Source of the DNA: Methylovulum sp.
GTDB taxonomy: Bacteria; Pseudomonadota; Gammaproteobacteria; Methylococcales; Methylomonadaceae
DNA length: 41,946 nt
Assembly (NCBI GenBank): GCA_030689765.1
Contig: JAUYEP010000375.1
Location: forward strand, 1 to 41,946
Direction of reading: 5' to 3'
Shown here in pieces: positions 18,652 to 28,190 of the stretch (positions are counted from its first letter, which is position 1; every line of letters begins with the position of its first letter). The notes under the pieces were generated by a model. The model saw nothing but the letters and a program-made list of their open reading frames with translations, was not told the DNA's origin and made no database searches. Made by a program: the position numbers and the translations under genes.

Positions 18652-20025
18652 TTAATTCCTAAAGTTGTCAACCAGAGCGGCTGCTACATTTTCCATGCGC
18701 TGCGATCTTGATCCTTTAATCAAAATCGTTTCATCACCTTTAAGTTCTTGCTTTAGCACGGTTATCAAATCGTCTTGCTGGTCAAAAAAAGTAGCCCCAT
18801 TGCCAAAAGCTTGCACCGTATTTCGGGTATCGCTGCCTGTCGTCAGCAATCTGACAACGCCGCTAGCTTTAATCAGCCCAGCTATTTCCTGGTGTATTTT
18901 TAGGCTATCCGGCCCCAATTCGCCAAAAGCACCTAAAACCAACCACGGCTGGCCTGCACATTCAGCCAGTACGTCCAGGCCTGCTTTTAATGACGCGGCA
19001 TTAGCGTTATAGCTGTCATCAATAATAATATTGCCTAAACGGCCAACCAATGGCTGCAAACGTCCGGTAACTGGTTTGACGTTTGCCAGTCCCCGGACAA
19101 TTTGCGCTAAGCCGATATTTAACGCCAAACCCGCCGCCGTTGCCGCCAGCGCATTAACAACATTGTGCCGGCCCGCCAGTTTTAGCACACAGGTTTGTGT
19201 GCCTTGCGACGTCACTATTTCAAACGTCGTCACAAATGCATTATCGACAATGGCTGTCTTGATGGCTGAAGCGCTGACATCCGCTTGCCCGTCCAGGCCG
19301 AACGAGAGGATTTTTCTATCACCTGCGACTGATTTCCAGTAGTCAAAGTAGGCATCATCGCGATTAAGCACGGCACAGCCGTCCTTTTTAAGTGTCCCGA
19401 TAATTTCCCCCTTTGCTTTCGCAACGCCGTCAAGACTGCCGAACCCTTCAATATGTGCAGCGCCTGCATTGTTCAGTATCACGACATCGGCTTGCACATA
19501 CCGGCTGGTATGGGCAATTTCACCCGGATGGTTTGCGCCCATTTCAATAACGGCATAATGGTGCCCTCCGTTCAGGCGCAGCAACGTTAAGGGCACGCCG
19601 ATGTCATTATTCAAATTACCTTGCGTATATAAGACGTTATCCTGTTTTGGATCAGAGGCCCCAAAGATCGCCGCAGTCATTTCCTTAACGGTTGTTTTGC
19701 CATTACTGCCGGTCACACCTATAACCGAAACTGCCGCTTTTTGCCGCCATGCACCCGCCAGTTCAGCCAGCGCCAAACGGGTATCTTCAACAATAATATG
19801 CGGTACGGTCACCGCAAAGCCCGGATGTACGATAGCGGCAATGGCGCCTGCTTGCACGGCCTGATCTACAAAATCATTGCCGTCAAACTGGTGTCCCTTG
19901 ATTGCCACATAAAGCTGCCCTGGCTTAATTGCCCGCGTGTCTATGCAAGTTGACGTAATGGCGATATCTGCGCCAATCTGTTTCCCACGCACCCGCCCGG
20001 CAATCTCGCTCAACATCATTTTCAT
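18652..20025 (-). CDS. murF: UDP-MurNAc-tripeptide--D-Ala-D-Ala ligase
   Basis: VTGSNGKTTVKE, NLNNDIGVP, EMGANHPGEI, DDSYNAN, LIKGSRS. ATG at 20025 chosen; an in-frame GTG at 20061 is possible. Confidence 0.97.
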   Translation of the reverse strand: MKMMLSEIAGRVRGKQIGADIAITSTCIDTRAIKPGQLYVAIKGHQFDGNDFVDQAVQAGAIAAIVHPGFAVTVPHIIVEDTRLALAELAGAWRQKAAVSVIGVTGSNGKTTVKEMTAAIFGASDPKQDNVLYTQGNLNNDIGVPLTLLRLNGGHHYAVIEMGANHPGEIAHTSRYVQADVVILNNAGAAHIEGFGSLDGVAKAKGEIIGTLKKDGCAVLNRDDAYFDYWKSVAGDRKILSFGLDGQADVSASAIKTAIVDNAFVTTFEIVTSQGTQTCVLKLAGRHNVVNALAATAAGLALNIGLAQIVRGLANVKPVTGRLQPLVGRLGNIIIDDSYNANAASLKAGLDVLAECAGQPWLVLGAFGELGPDSLKIHQEIAGLIKASGVVRLLTTGSDTRNTVQAFGNGATFFDQQDDLITVLKQELKGDETILIKGSRSQRMENVAAALVDNFRN

Positions 20026-20070
20026 GGTTTTCAGGTTCTCGATGTCAGTTATCCAGGGCACACATTTAAG

Positions 20071-21573
20071 CTAAATGGATCTAGTGAATGCAGGGGCAGT
20101 TTTCTGCAAGGCCTCCACCACAATGTCCCTATCGCTAAACGGCAATCGAACGCCGTCTATTTCCTGATAATCTTCATGACCTTTACCGGCAATGACAATG
20201 CAGTCATTGTTTGCCGCCCTACTGATCACATTTTGTATCGCCAGCGCCCTGTTCTGGATCACTTCAACCTTGTCTGAACGGCAGCCGGTCAGAATATCAT
20301 TGATAATCGCATTGCCATTTTCAAAACGCGGATTATCATCGGTAATAATCAAATGGTCCGCCCACCGTTCTGCGGCGGCGCCCATCAACGGACGCTTGCC
20401 TGTATCACGGTTACCGCCACAGCCGAAAACCACCCATAAAGCCTGCTGGCAATGTTTGCGCAAACTGGATAACACCTTATCCAACGCATCCGGCGTATGC
20501 GCATAATCAACGAATACCAGCGGCTGTCCATCACCGCCGAACCGCTCCATGCGTCCATCTACAGGTTTTATACGCGCCAATCGTATAACCGCTTCAGCAA
20601 AGCCGATACCCATAGCCAGCATCACAGCCAAAACCAGCAACACATTTTCAATATTAAAATCACCGTACAGCGATATTGTTATACGCTGACAATCAGCCCG
20701 CCAATGCACATCAAATTCGATGCCGCCTGCTTTATGTACAATATGATCTGCTGTCAGACTTTCGCCTGCTGTTAATGTCTTTCCATTGGCGCTGATGCCC
20801 CAGAGCGCTGCCGTATCTGGTGTGGCTACAATTATCCGGTCGCTAGCCGCATCATCCAGATTGACGACGACAAAAGCCAAACCAGGCTTGTCAAGCAAGG
20901 TCAGCTTGGCCTCAAAATAAGCTTCCATCGTGCCATGATAATCCAGGTGATCCCGGCTGATATTGGTAAATACCGCGCCTTTAAAGCGCACCCCGTTCAC
21001 CCGTCCCTGTTCCAGGCCATGCGATGACACTTCCATCGCGACCGCCTGTTTTTTGTCTTTCACTAAGGCGGCGAGTATCTGCTGTACAGACAACGCGTCA
21101 GGCGTGGTGTTGGCCGTTTTATTCAAGCGGCCCCATTCGCCCCAACCTAGTGTCCCGATAATGCCGCAATCATCAAGTGATTGGCCCAAAAACTGGCTGC
21201 ATGAGGTTTTACCGTTCGTACCGGTGATACCCATCACGTCAATAGACTGTGATGGGTTACCATAAAAACGCGCGGCTATCTCTCCGACAACTTGCCCCAG
21301 GTTATCAACGGCTATCATCGGCACATTATCAATCAGTGCGGCCAACTGTTTACCCTCACCGGCCGGATCAAAAATAACAGCACTCGCGCCGTTATTAACC
21401 GCCTGTCCGACATGCGCCAAACCATGCTGTTTGCTGCCAACCAGCGCAATAAATACATTCCCGCCAACAATCGCCCGGCTATCCAATGCCAAGCCGTTAA
21501 TTGACAATTCGTTTTCAGAGCCAGGCTTGTTTGATGTGAAAACTAGCCCTGCCAATAGATCTTTCAGCTTCAT
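20071..21573 (-). CDS. murE: UDP-MurNAc-dipeptide--meso-diaminopimelate ligase
   Basis: GITGTNGKTS, MEVSSHGL, DHLDYH, VDYAHTPDAL, DNPR (meso-DAP specificity motif), AGKGHEDYQ. Confidence 0.98.
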   Translation of the reverse strand: MKLKDLLAGLVFTSNKPGSENELSINGLALDSRAIVGGNVFIALVGSKQHGLAHVGQAVNNGASAVIFDPAGEGKQLAALIDNVPMIAVDNLGQVVGEIAARFYGNPSQSIDVMGITGTNGKTSCSQFLGQSLDDCGIIGTLGWGEWGRLNKTANTTPDALSVQQILAALVKDKKQAVAMEVSSHGLEQGRVNGVRFKGAVFTNISRDHLDYHGTMEAYFEAKLTLLDKPGLAFVVVNLDDAASDRIIVATPDTAALWGISANGKTLTAGESLTADHIVHKAGGIEFDVHWRADCQRITISLYGDFNIENVLLVLAVMLAMGIGFAEAVIRLARIKPVDGRMERFGGDGQPLVFVDYAHTPDALDKVLSSLRKHCQQALWVVFGCGGNRDTGKRPLMGAAAERWADHLIITDDNPRFENGNAIINDILTGCRSDKVEVIQNRALAIQNVISRAANNDCIVIAGKGHEDYQEIDGVRLPFSDRDIVVEALQKTAPAFTRSI

Positions 21574-21606
21574 CGGCACTTAATTGGATTTAATTGGATA
21601 AATAAA

Positions 21607-23445
21607 TCAATGGGCCTGCGTTAATAAAACCGGCATGGTCTCTTCCTGATCCGGCGCTATATCAAGTATCCTCAAGGCGCCTGTCATCACTTTCGAAAAC
21701 ACCGGTGCTGATACCAAACCACCGTAATATTGGCCTGTCGATGGCTCGTCTATCATCACGACCATAACCAGCCGTGGATCTTTGGCAGGCGCTATGCCGG
21801 CAAACACCGAAAAGTATTTGTTATCAACATAACCGCCTTTGCCAGCGGATTTTTTTACCGTCCCTGTTTTACCGGCCACACTGTAACCATCGACCCGTGC
21901 TTCATACGCCGTACCATCCTTCATAATCACATGCTCCATCATTGTCCTGACACGCCTGGCTGTTTTTGCTGAAAATACCCGTTTTTCATCAATATCTTCA
22001 TCACGCTTCAGCAAGCTCACTGAATGCAAGATGCCATCGTCAGCGAGTGCGGTATAAGCCCTTGCCAACTGCAATGCCGAGGCGTTGAGGCCATAACCGA
22101 ATGACATCGTCGCCCGTTCAAAATCATGCCATCGGTGATAATCCAGCAAACTGCCACTGGCTTCACCTGGAAACCCTGAACCTGCCGAACTTCCAAAACC
22201 GAGCTGGCGATAAACATTCCAAAAATATTTTGGCGGCATCTTTAATGCCATCTGGCTAACCGCAATATTGCTCGATTTCTTCAGCACATGTGTCAAATCG
22301 AGCGTACCGTAATTATGCACATCCTTGACGGTATGATGCCCAACCTGAAAGATGCCGTGCGTTTCGAACAAATCATCCGGTTTGACATAGCCACCGTCTA
22401 ACGCGGCGGCAACCACAAAGGGTTTAACCGTTGATCCCGGCTCGAACACCTCGGTCAGTGCCCGGTTCCGGTAAAAATATTCCTTAAGGTTTTTTCGCGT
22501 ATTCGGATTAAATGACGGCTGATTGGCGACGGCCAACATCTCCCCGTTTTTCGCATCTAATATAACCAATGTGCCCGATTTTGCATTGTTGGCATTAACA
22601 GCTAACTGTAGTTCTTTGTACGCCAGGTATTGAATACGCTGATCGATGCTCAACTCCAGATTTTTTCCGGTAACCGGTGTCCTGATATTTTCAACATCGG
22701 CAATAATTTGCCGCTGCCCGTCCCTGATGACCCGTTTACTGCCTGGAATGCCCTTTAATACTTTCTCATAGCCCATTTCCAGGCCACCCTGTCCCACGTC
22801 ATCAACATCGGTAAAACCGACCAAATGCGCTGAAACACCGCCTGCTGGATAAAACCGCTTGAATTCACGTTCAAAATATACGCCTGCCAATTTCAATTCT
22901 TTAATTTGATCGCCTAGCCCAGGATCTATCCTTCTGGCAACGTAAGCAAAGGCCCTAAGTGGCTCTTCATTAAGCAACTCGGTGACCTTATGTGCAGGTA
23001 GTTTCAATAGCTTTTCCATTTGCCTGATTTTCAATACCTTTTCCTGGCGATAACCATTCAGTACCTGCGCCTTGTCAGTATCCGTCAGCTTTTCTATAGC
23101 CTGCTTACGCCTGAATTCCTTTTCCATTTGCTTGAGCCGGGCCTTGTCATCGGTTATAAGCTCCCTGGGATTAATTGCAATGGACTCAACCGGTGTGCTA
23201 ACCGCTAACGGTGCGCCATTTCTATCCTTGATCATTCCCCTATAGGCCGGAATGGATACCTCGTCAACTTGTCGGTCATCCCCCTGGTCTTTCAAAAACT
23301 CATTTTCGAACACTTGCAAGTAAACGGCCCTGCCCACCAACAGCACCATGCAGCCCATCATAAAGGCGAGCAGGAACGTCCTTCTTCCGGAAAAATTACT
23401 GGCCGGTTTTAGTGATGCCTTCGTTGTAAACCGAAAATCCAGCAT
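21607..23445 (-). CDS. ftsI: Peptidoglycan D,D-transpeptidase FtsI (PBP3) with an extra charged segment
   Basis: TM anchor, RGMIKDRNG, FEPGSTVK (SxxK), SSN (SxN), KTGT; position between ftsL and murE. Confidence 0.97.
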   Translation of the reverse strand: MLDFRFTTKASLKPASNFSGRRTFLLAFMMGCMVLLVGRAVYLQVFENEFLKDQGDDRQVDEVSIPAYRGMIKDRNGAPLAVSTPVESIAINPRELITDDKARLKQMEKEFRRKQAIEKLTDTDKAQVLNGYRQEKVLKIRQMEKLLKLPAHKVTELLNEEPLRAFAYVARRIDPGLGDQIKELKLAGVYFEREFKRFYPAGGVSAHLVGFTDVDDVGQGGLEMGYEKVLKGIPGSKRVIRDGQRQIIADVENIRTPVTGKNLELSIDQRIQYLAYKELQLAVNANNAKSGTLVILDAKNGEMLAVANQPSFNPNTRKNLKEYFYRNRALTEVFEPGSTVKPFVVAAALDGGYVKPDDLFETHGIFQVGHHTVKDVHNYGTLDLTHVLKKSSNIAVSQMALKMPPKYFWNVYRQLGFGSSAGSGFPGEASGSLLDYHRWHDFERATMSFGYGLNASALQLARAYTALADDGILHSVSLLKRDEDIDEKRVFSAKTARRVRTMMEHVIMKDGTAYEARVDGYSVAGKTGTVKKSAGKGGYVDNKYFSVFAGIAPAKDPRLVMVVMIDEPSTGQYYGGLVSAPVFSKVMTGALRILDIAPDQEETMPVLLTQAH

Positions 23446-23733
23446 TTATGGCCTTAAATTAGTTGGTTTTAAATAAATAATTTTCTCGCGTAATGGCATG
23501 ACCAGTTTCAATTGTTCCAATGCCACCCGTTCTACCCGGTTTTGTTCCGCCAACATGGTCAATTCCAATTGCATCTGCCCCCATTCAACTTCATATTGAT
23601 CCAACGCATTCTCCTGCTGCTGGATTTCGATAAATATCAAACGCGAGTAATATTTGCTGTATATGACAGCCAATGCGGAAACAAGCAGCGCCACAAATAA
23701 AACACCCATCCCCCAAAACCGCAGCATCGCCAC
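23446..23733 (-). CDS. ftsL: Cell division protein FtsL
   Basis: 95 aa, one TM helix followed by a coiled coil EWGQMQLE...RVERVA; position between rsmH and ftsI. Confidence 0.9.
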   Translation of the reverse strand: MAMLRFWGMGVLFVALLVSALAVIYSKYYSRLIFIEIQQQENALDQYEVEWGQMQLELTMLAEQNRVERVALEQLKLVMPLREKIIYLKPTNLRP

Positions 23734-24660
23734 TTAAATTCTCTCTGTTACCCGCATAATTGCGCTTCGTGCCCTGGTATTTTGAGCAATTTCCCCGGCA
23801 TCTGCCTTTATCGCCTTTCCTATGGTCTTTAACAGGCCTTTGGCAATATCGGCTTCCTTGATTGGCAGCTTGCCCGGGTTATATTTAGCACCAGATTCCG
23901 CCCTAAAAAAACGCTTTACAATACGATCCTCCAATGAATGGAAAGAAATCACCACTAACCGGCCACTTGGTTTCAATATTTGGGTTGACTGCGCCAGAAC
24001 ATTTTTTAATTCGTCCAGCTCTTTATTTATTTCAATTCGTATGGCCTGAAAAGAACGCGTAGCGGGATGTTTGTGTTTTTCCCTAACAGGGATTGCATCT
24101 TCAATCAGGCCGGCCAGCTGTTTCGTCGTTGTAATGGGCGATTGTGCCCTTCTGTCAATGACTGCCCGGGCTATGCGCCTCGCAAACCGTTCCTCGCCGT
24201 AATCAAATAACACTTTGATCAGCAATTTCTCATCGACGCCCGCCAGCCAATCTGCTGCCGATAGTCCCGCCGAGGTATCCATGCGCATGTCGAGCGGCCC
24301 GTCACGCAAAAAACTGAACCCCCTTTCAGAATCATCCAACTGCGGTGATGACACGCCGAGATCGATCAAAATGCCATCAACATTTCCTGCCAAGCCGTCG
24401 TCTTCGACGATGCTTTGCAATTGTGAAAATCGGCTGTGTTTAAGGGTAAACCGCTTGTCTGCAAGCAATTTCTGTGCAGGCTCCGAATGGTACGCAGACC
24501 AATCGCAGTCCAATGCTAACAAGCGCCCTGACGCACCCAGCTGATTTAAAATACCCTGACTATGGCCACCGCGCCCGAAGGTGCAATCCAGATATATCCC
24601 GTCTGGCTTGATAACTAACTGCCGCAGTGCTTCCGCTAACATCACGGGCAAATGTTCCAT
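23734..24660 (-). CDS. rsmH: 16S rRNA m4C1402 methyltransferase
   Basis: HLPVM, DCTFGRGGHS, DLGVSSPQLD, GPLDMRMD, ISFHSLEDRIVK, RARSA. Confidence 0.98.
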   Translation of the reverse strand: MEHLPVMLAEALRQLVIKPDGIYLDCTFGRGGHSQGILNQLGASGRLLALDCDWSAYHSEPAQKLLADKRFTLKHSRFSQLQSIVEDDGLAGNVDGILIDLGVSSPQLDDSERGFSFLRDGPLDMRMDTSAGLSAADWLAGVDEKLLIKVLFDYGEERFARRIARAVIDRRAQSPITTTKQLAGLIEDAIPVREKHKHPATRSFQAIRIEINKELDELKNVLAQSTQILKPSGRLVVISFHSLEDRIVKRFFRAESGAKYNPGKLPIKEADIAKGLLKTIGKAIKADAGEIAQNTRARSAIMRVTERI

Positions 24661-24690
24661 TAACAAATCTCCCGTTTATTTTTTAAGTGT

Positions 24691-25158
24691 TCAAAAAGAC
24701 AAGGCGCCTAATTCTTCCAGACCTTCGTTATCATCGCCATTCATCCAGTCCTCCTCTTTTGCATTCCATGCGCCTTCATTCCATATCTCAAATTTGTTGA
24801 GCTGCCCAACTAATACAAGCTTCTTGTCCATCCCGGCAAATTTTCTGAGTTTTTCAGGCAATAACAGGCGGCCCTGACCATCCATTTCACACTCGGAAGC
24901 ATTACCGATAAGAAACCGCCTTAGCTTACCGGCCATTTTATTTAACGTAGGCAATTTACTGATGGTTTGTTCCAGTTTTTCCCATTCAGGTAGCGGATAA
25001 AGCCATAAACAGCCGGCCTCACCAATACACAGCTCATTAACAGCAACGGTAACGACCATTTGACGCTCACAACAATCCTGTAACTCCTCCCGATAGCGGG
25101 TTGGAATCGCAAGACGCCCTTTATCGTCCAAATTAATTGCGCTGATACCACGGAACAA
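24691..25158 (-). CDS. mraZ: Transcriptional regulator MraZ
   Basis: FRG...LDDKGRLAIP, DGQGRLLLP, VGQLNKFEIW. TTG at 25158 chosen by similarity to the usual MFRG N-terminus; ATG at 25179 is an alternative. Confidence 0.96.
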   Translation of the reverse strand: MFRGISAINLDDKGRLAIPTRYREELQDCCERQMVVTVAVNELCIGEAGCLWLYPLPEWEKLEQTISKLPTLNKMAGKLRRFLIGNASECEMDGQGRLLLPEKLRKFAGMDKKLVLVGQLNKFEIWNEGAWNAKEEDWMNGDDNEGLEELGALSF

Positions 25159-25195
25159 GATCCACCCCGAAAAAACCATTTTACAGCAATTTTAT

Positions 25196-25220
25196 ACCAC
25201 TTTTCCCCACTTCGGCTCAC
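25196..25220 (-). promoter_or_regulatory. MraZ-binding direct repeats
   Basis: Minus strand GTGAG-N5-GTGGG-N5-GTGGT with a 10-bp period, immediately downstream of the -10 box. Matches the known GTGGG-repeat MraZ operator arrangement. Confidence 0.85.
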
Positions 25221-25247
25221 TATAGTTTTCAAATAGAGCTGAGTCAA
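25219..25247 (-). promoter_or_regulatory. Sigma70 promoter of the dcw operon (Pmra)
   Basis: TTGACT (25247-25242), 17-bp spacer, TATAGT (25224-25219). Confidence 0.8.
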
Positions 25248-25557
25248 GAACGAATTCATTTAAAATGTTTCTTTTTTGACAATGACTTACGCGCCACGGG
25301 AGGCGTTGTTAACGCACAGAAAACAGAACGGGATAAATTCCATGATTTATCAACAAAATGTGCAATTTTATTGAAGATATACTTGAGGGGGAGGGATATT
25401 GGAAATCGTAGGGCGTTTTAATGCGGCACAGCAAGAAAATGGCAGCCCAGTGGCAACCTGTACCGAAGTGTATTTTGTTTTAGTTTTAATGGACTAACGA
25501 CAACGCGGAAACAGCACATGACAACATGCTAAAAGTGAAAACAAACACTAGAGGGAA

Positions 25558-25926
25558 GAAAGAGTCGGCCTGTAAGCCGGGTTCTGTCGAGAACAGCCAT
25601 TCATCTAGGCTGCAAGTCGCCTTGCAGCTCAAGCAATCTACCCAAGAACCGCGCGGGCCACGCGTATGTTCCCCTATTTGATCTTGCTCCGGGTGGGGTT
25701 TACCATGCCACTCCTGTTACCAGTTGCGCGGTGCGCTCTTACCGCACCTTTTCACCCTTACCTGCCTATACCCACGCGGGGCACAAATGACAGGCGGTAT
25801 ATTTTCTGCGGCACTTTCCGTAGGCTCACGCCCCCCAGGCGTTACCTGGCACCCTGCCCAATGGAGCCCGGACTTTCCTCCATTTTATCGTGATGATAAA
25901 ACAGCGACTGCTCAGCCAACTCTTTC
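25558..25926 (-). ncRNA. rnpB: RNase P RNA, bacterial type A (~369 nt)
   Basis: Minus strand GAGGAAAGTCCGGGCTCC near the 5' end and ACAGAACCCGGCTTA near the 3' end. P1 pairing GAAAGAGTTGGC / GCCGACTCTTTC defines the ends. Confidence 0.98.
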
Positions 25927-25942
25927 GGCGAGCAGTGTACCA
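25927..25942 (-). promoter_or_regulatory. Putative extended -10 promoter of rnpB with a GC-rich discriminator
   Basis: TGG-TACACT (25942-25934) followed by GCTCGCC and then the first nucleotide of rnpB. Confidence 0.6.
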
Positions 25943-25963
25943 CAGATATTGATTATGCGGCAG

Positions 25964-26917
25964 CTACACAAAACCAAGAAAAAGCCGGTTAATAGCAATG
26001 CCTTTTAGTGCATATTCTATCGCTTTATGGTCAAACTGTGGTGCGAGCAACTGAATAAACTCATACATATAACCCCTCAGATAAGCATCACGCCGGACGC
26101 CAAGATAGCTTGTGCTTGGTGGAAACAGATGACTGGCATCCACCACATCCAAACTGCTGTCCCGCTCCGGGTCGTAAGCAATATTGGCCAATAGGCCGAT
26201 GCCTAACCCCAAGTTGACGTAAGTTTTAATGACATCGGCATCAATGGCAGTGAGCACAACGTTAGGGGTTAATCCGGCGCGGCTAAATACCCGATTAACC
26301 AGGGAGCCACCGGTAAATGTAAAGTCATAAGTGATGAGCGGATACCTCGCGATTGTTTCCAGTGTCAACGGCAAATCATTAAAGAGCGGATGTCCATGCG
26401 GCGCGATGACACAACGGTTCCATTGATAGCAGGGAAAGCACAGCAGTTTATCGTAAGTGCTAATGACTTCCGTAGCTATGCCGACATCCGCTTCACCGCT
26501 GGCTACCTGATCGGCTACCTGGGTGGGTGTGCCTTGGTGGATGTGTAATTTTACGTCAGGATAGCGCCCGATAAATGATTTGACGGCTGTCGGCAGGCGA
26601 TATTGTGCCTGGGTGTGAGTCGTGGCTATCGTTAGTGTGCCGGCCTCTTTTTGGCTAAATTCGTCACTGACCAGCCTGATGTTTTCTATTTCGCGTAACG
26701 CACGTTCAGCCAGATTCAAAATGGTTTTGCCGGAATCGGTAACACCAATTAACCGTTTGCCGTTGCGCTGGAAAATATGCAGGTTAAGCTCTTCTTCCAG
26801 TAACTGGATTTGCTTGCTGATACCGGATTGGGAAGTATGGAGGTTCTCGGCAGCCAGCGACATGTTCATACCCTGATGCGCCACTTCACACACGTAGCGT
26901 AATTGATGCAACTTCAT
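25964..26917 (-). CDS. cysB: CysB/Cbl-family LysR regulator
   Basis: MKLHQLRY, LHTSQSGISKQI, IATTHTQAQY, YPLITY, TAIDADVIKTYV. CysB versus Cbl cannot be resolved by eye. Confidence 0.85.
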   Translation of the reverse strand: MKLHQLRYVCEVAHQGMNMSLAAENLHTSQSGISKQIQLLEEELNLHIFQRNGKRLIGVTDSGKTILNLAERALREIENIRLVSDEFSQKEAGTLTIATTHTQAQYRLPTAVKSFIGRYPDVKLHIHQGTPTQVADQVASGEADVGIATEVISTYDKLLCFPCYQWNRCVIAPHGHPLFNDLPLTLETIARYPLITYDFTFTGGSLVNRVFSRAGLTPNVVLTAIDADVIKTYVNLGLGIGLLANIAYDPERDSSLDVVDASHLFPPSTSYLGVRRDAYLRGYMYEFIQLLAPQFDHKAIEYALKGIAINRLFLGFV

Positions 26918-26937
26918 TGTGCCCCTTATGAAACTTC

Positions 26938-26958
26938 TTTATAACTAAATGATATAAA
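26938..26958. promoter_or_regulatory. Putative LysR (T-N11-A) operator between cysB and tauE
   Basis: TTTATA-ACTAAATGA-TATAAA inverted repeat containing T26942-N11-A26954, just upstream of the cysB start. Confidence 0.6.
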
Positions 26959-27044
26959 CATAGCACAACTTATCATTAAAAGTTGCAGTGTTTCACTGAT
27001 ATAGTGCGCCACTGTTTAATAATAAGGTAACAAAGGTTAATTTG

Positions 27045-27869
27045 ATGAATTTGGCATATACATTTTCCGGTTTTTTAGTCGGTTTATTGGTGGGTGTTAC
27101 AGGCGTAGGCGGTGGCTCGTTGATGACCCCGCTGCTGGTATTTTTGTTTGGGTTTAAGCCGGCGGTTGCCGTAGGGACTGATTTGTTGTTTGCGGCCATC
27201 ACCAAAACCGGTGGTGTCTGGGTACATCACACCAAGCATGGTTCGGTGGACTGGAAAATCGTCGCATGGTTAGCGTTGGGCAGCTTGCCATGCGCTGTGG
27301 CGACATTATTAGTACTTAAGCATTTTATGGAAATTGGTAAGGAAACGACTGGGGCGATCACGTTTACACTGGGTATAGCGCTACTGCTGACCGCCTGTTC
27401 GCTGCTGGTGCGTAGTGTACTGATACATAGATCGGCAAAGCTTGATGCTGATGATAGTCCTGATGACGAGGACGAAGATGACGAAAACGAAAATACGGGA
27501 CGTTTTCAGCGCTTACAAATTCCAGCTACGGTGTTTGTTGGCGCTGTGCTTGGCATACTGGTCACCCTCTCTTCGGTAGGGGCAGGCGCATTGGGTACGG
27601 TTGCCCTGTTATTTCTGTATCCTAAAATGAGGACAGTAAAAATTGTTGGCACTGATTTAGCCCATGCCATTCCCTTGACTGCTGTTGCAGGTTTAGGCCA
27701 TTTGAGTTTAGGTAATGTTGACCTGGTTTTGTTGGGCAGTTTGTTGGTAGGCTCATTGCCTGGAATTTGGATAGGGAGCCATTTGAGCGCAAAGCTTCCT
27801 GAGCGATATTTACGCCCGGTTTTAGCTTCTATTTTGTTACTGATCGGGTTTAAATTTGTTCTACAGTAA
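27045..27869 (+). CDS. TauE/SafE (TSUP) family sulfur-compound transporter
   Basis: GVTGVGGGSLMTP, AVGTDL, SSVGAGALG, VGTDLAHAIPL; multiple TM helices; divergent from cysB. Confidence 0.9.
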   Translation: MNLAYTFSGFLVGLLVGVTGVGGGSLMTPLLVFLFGFKPAVAVGTDLLFAAITKTGGVWVHHTKHGSVDWKIVAWLALGSLPCAVATLLVLKHFMEIGKETTGAITFTLGIALLLTACSLLVRSVLIHRSAKLDADDSPDDEDEDDENENTGRFQRLQIPATVFVGAVLGILVTLSSVGAGALGTVALLFLYPKMRTVKIVGTDLAHAIPLTAVAGLGHLSLGNVDLVLLGSLLVGSLPGIWIGSHLSAKLPERYLRPVLASILLLIGFKFVLQ

Positions 27870-28162
27870 ATAGCGCGGCGAAGTGATGGCTTAACCGTAA
27901 GTTAGCGGATGCAATTGCGTACTGGCCGCTTCCACTACACGACCGTCAAATATACACATGACAAATACTGCGTTAATGCTGGTAGCTTCGGTGGGAAAGT
28001 AATTAATGCCAAAAGCAGTGGCGTTCCCGATGGCATCGAATGCTTACCACCCTGTGTGTTAGGGTGGACGCCATTCGAACCTAATTTTAACGGTTTATTT
28101 TTTGTTAAAAGACGTTTGGGTGATTACTTGCAAGGGCCCGCAAGCCTTTAAAGCTATGCTGT

Positions 28163-28190
28163 TTGCACAATCTGCAAAAACATATAGAAT
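28163..28190 (+). promoter_or_regulatory. Putative sigma70 promoter of def-fmt
   Basis: TTGCAC (28163-28168), 16-bp spacer, TAGAAT (28185-28190). Confidence 0.45.

Noticed and set aside
25666-26008. + strand ORFs of 75 and 94 aa
   Set aside because: Antisense to the RNase P RNA gene, a common spurious call.
27909-28151. 80-aa + strand ORF between tauE and def
   Set aside because: No clear SD and no recognisable motif. I also looked for a LysM/dprA remnant on the minus strand and found none.
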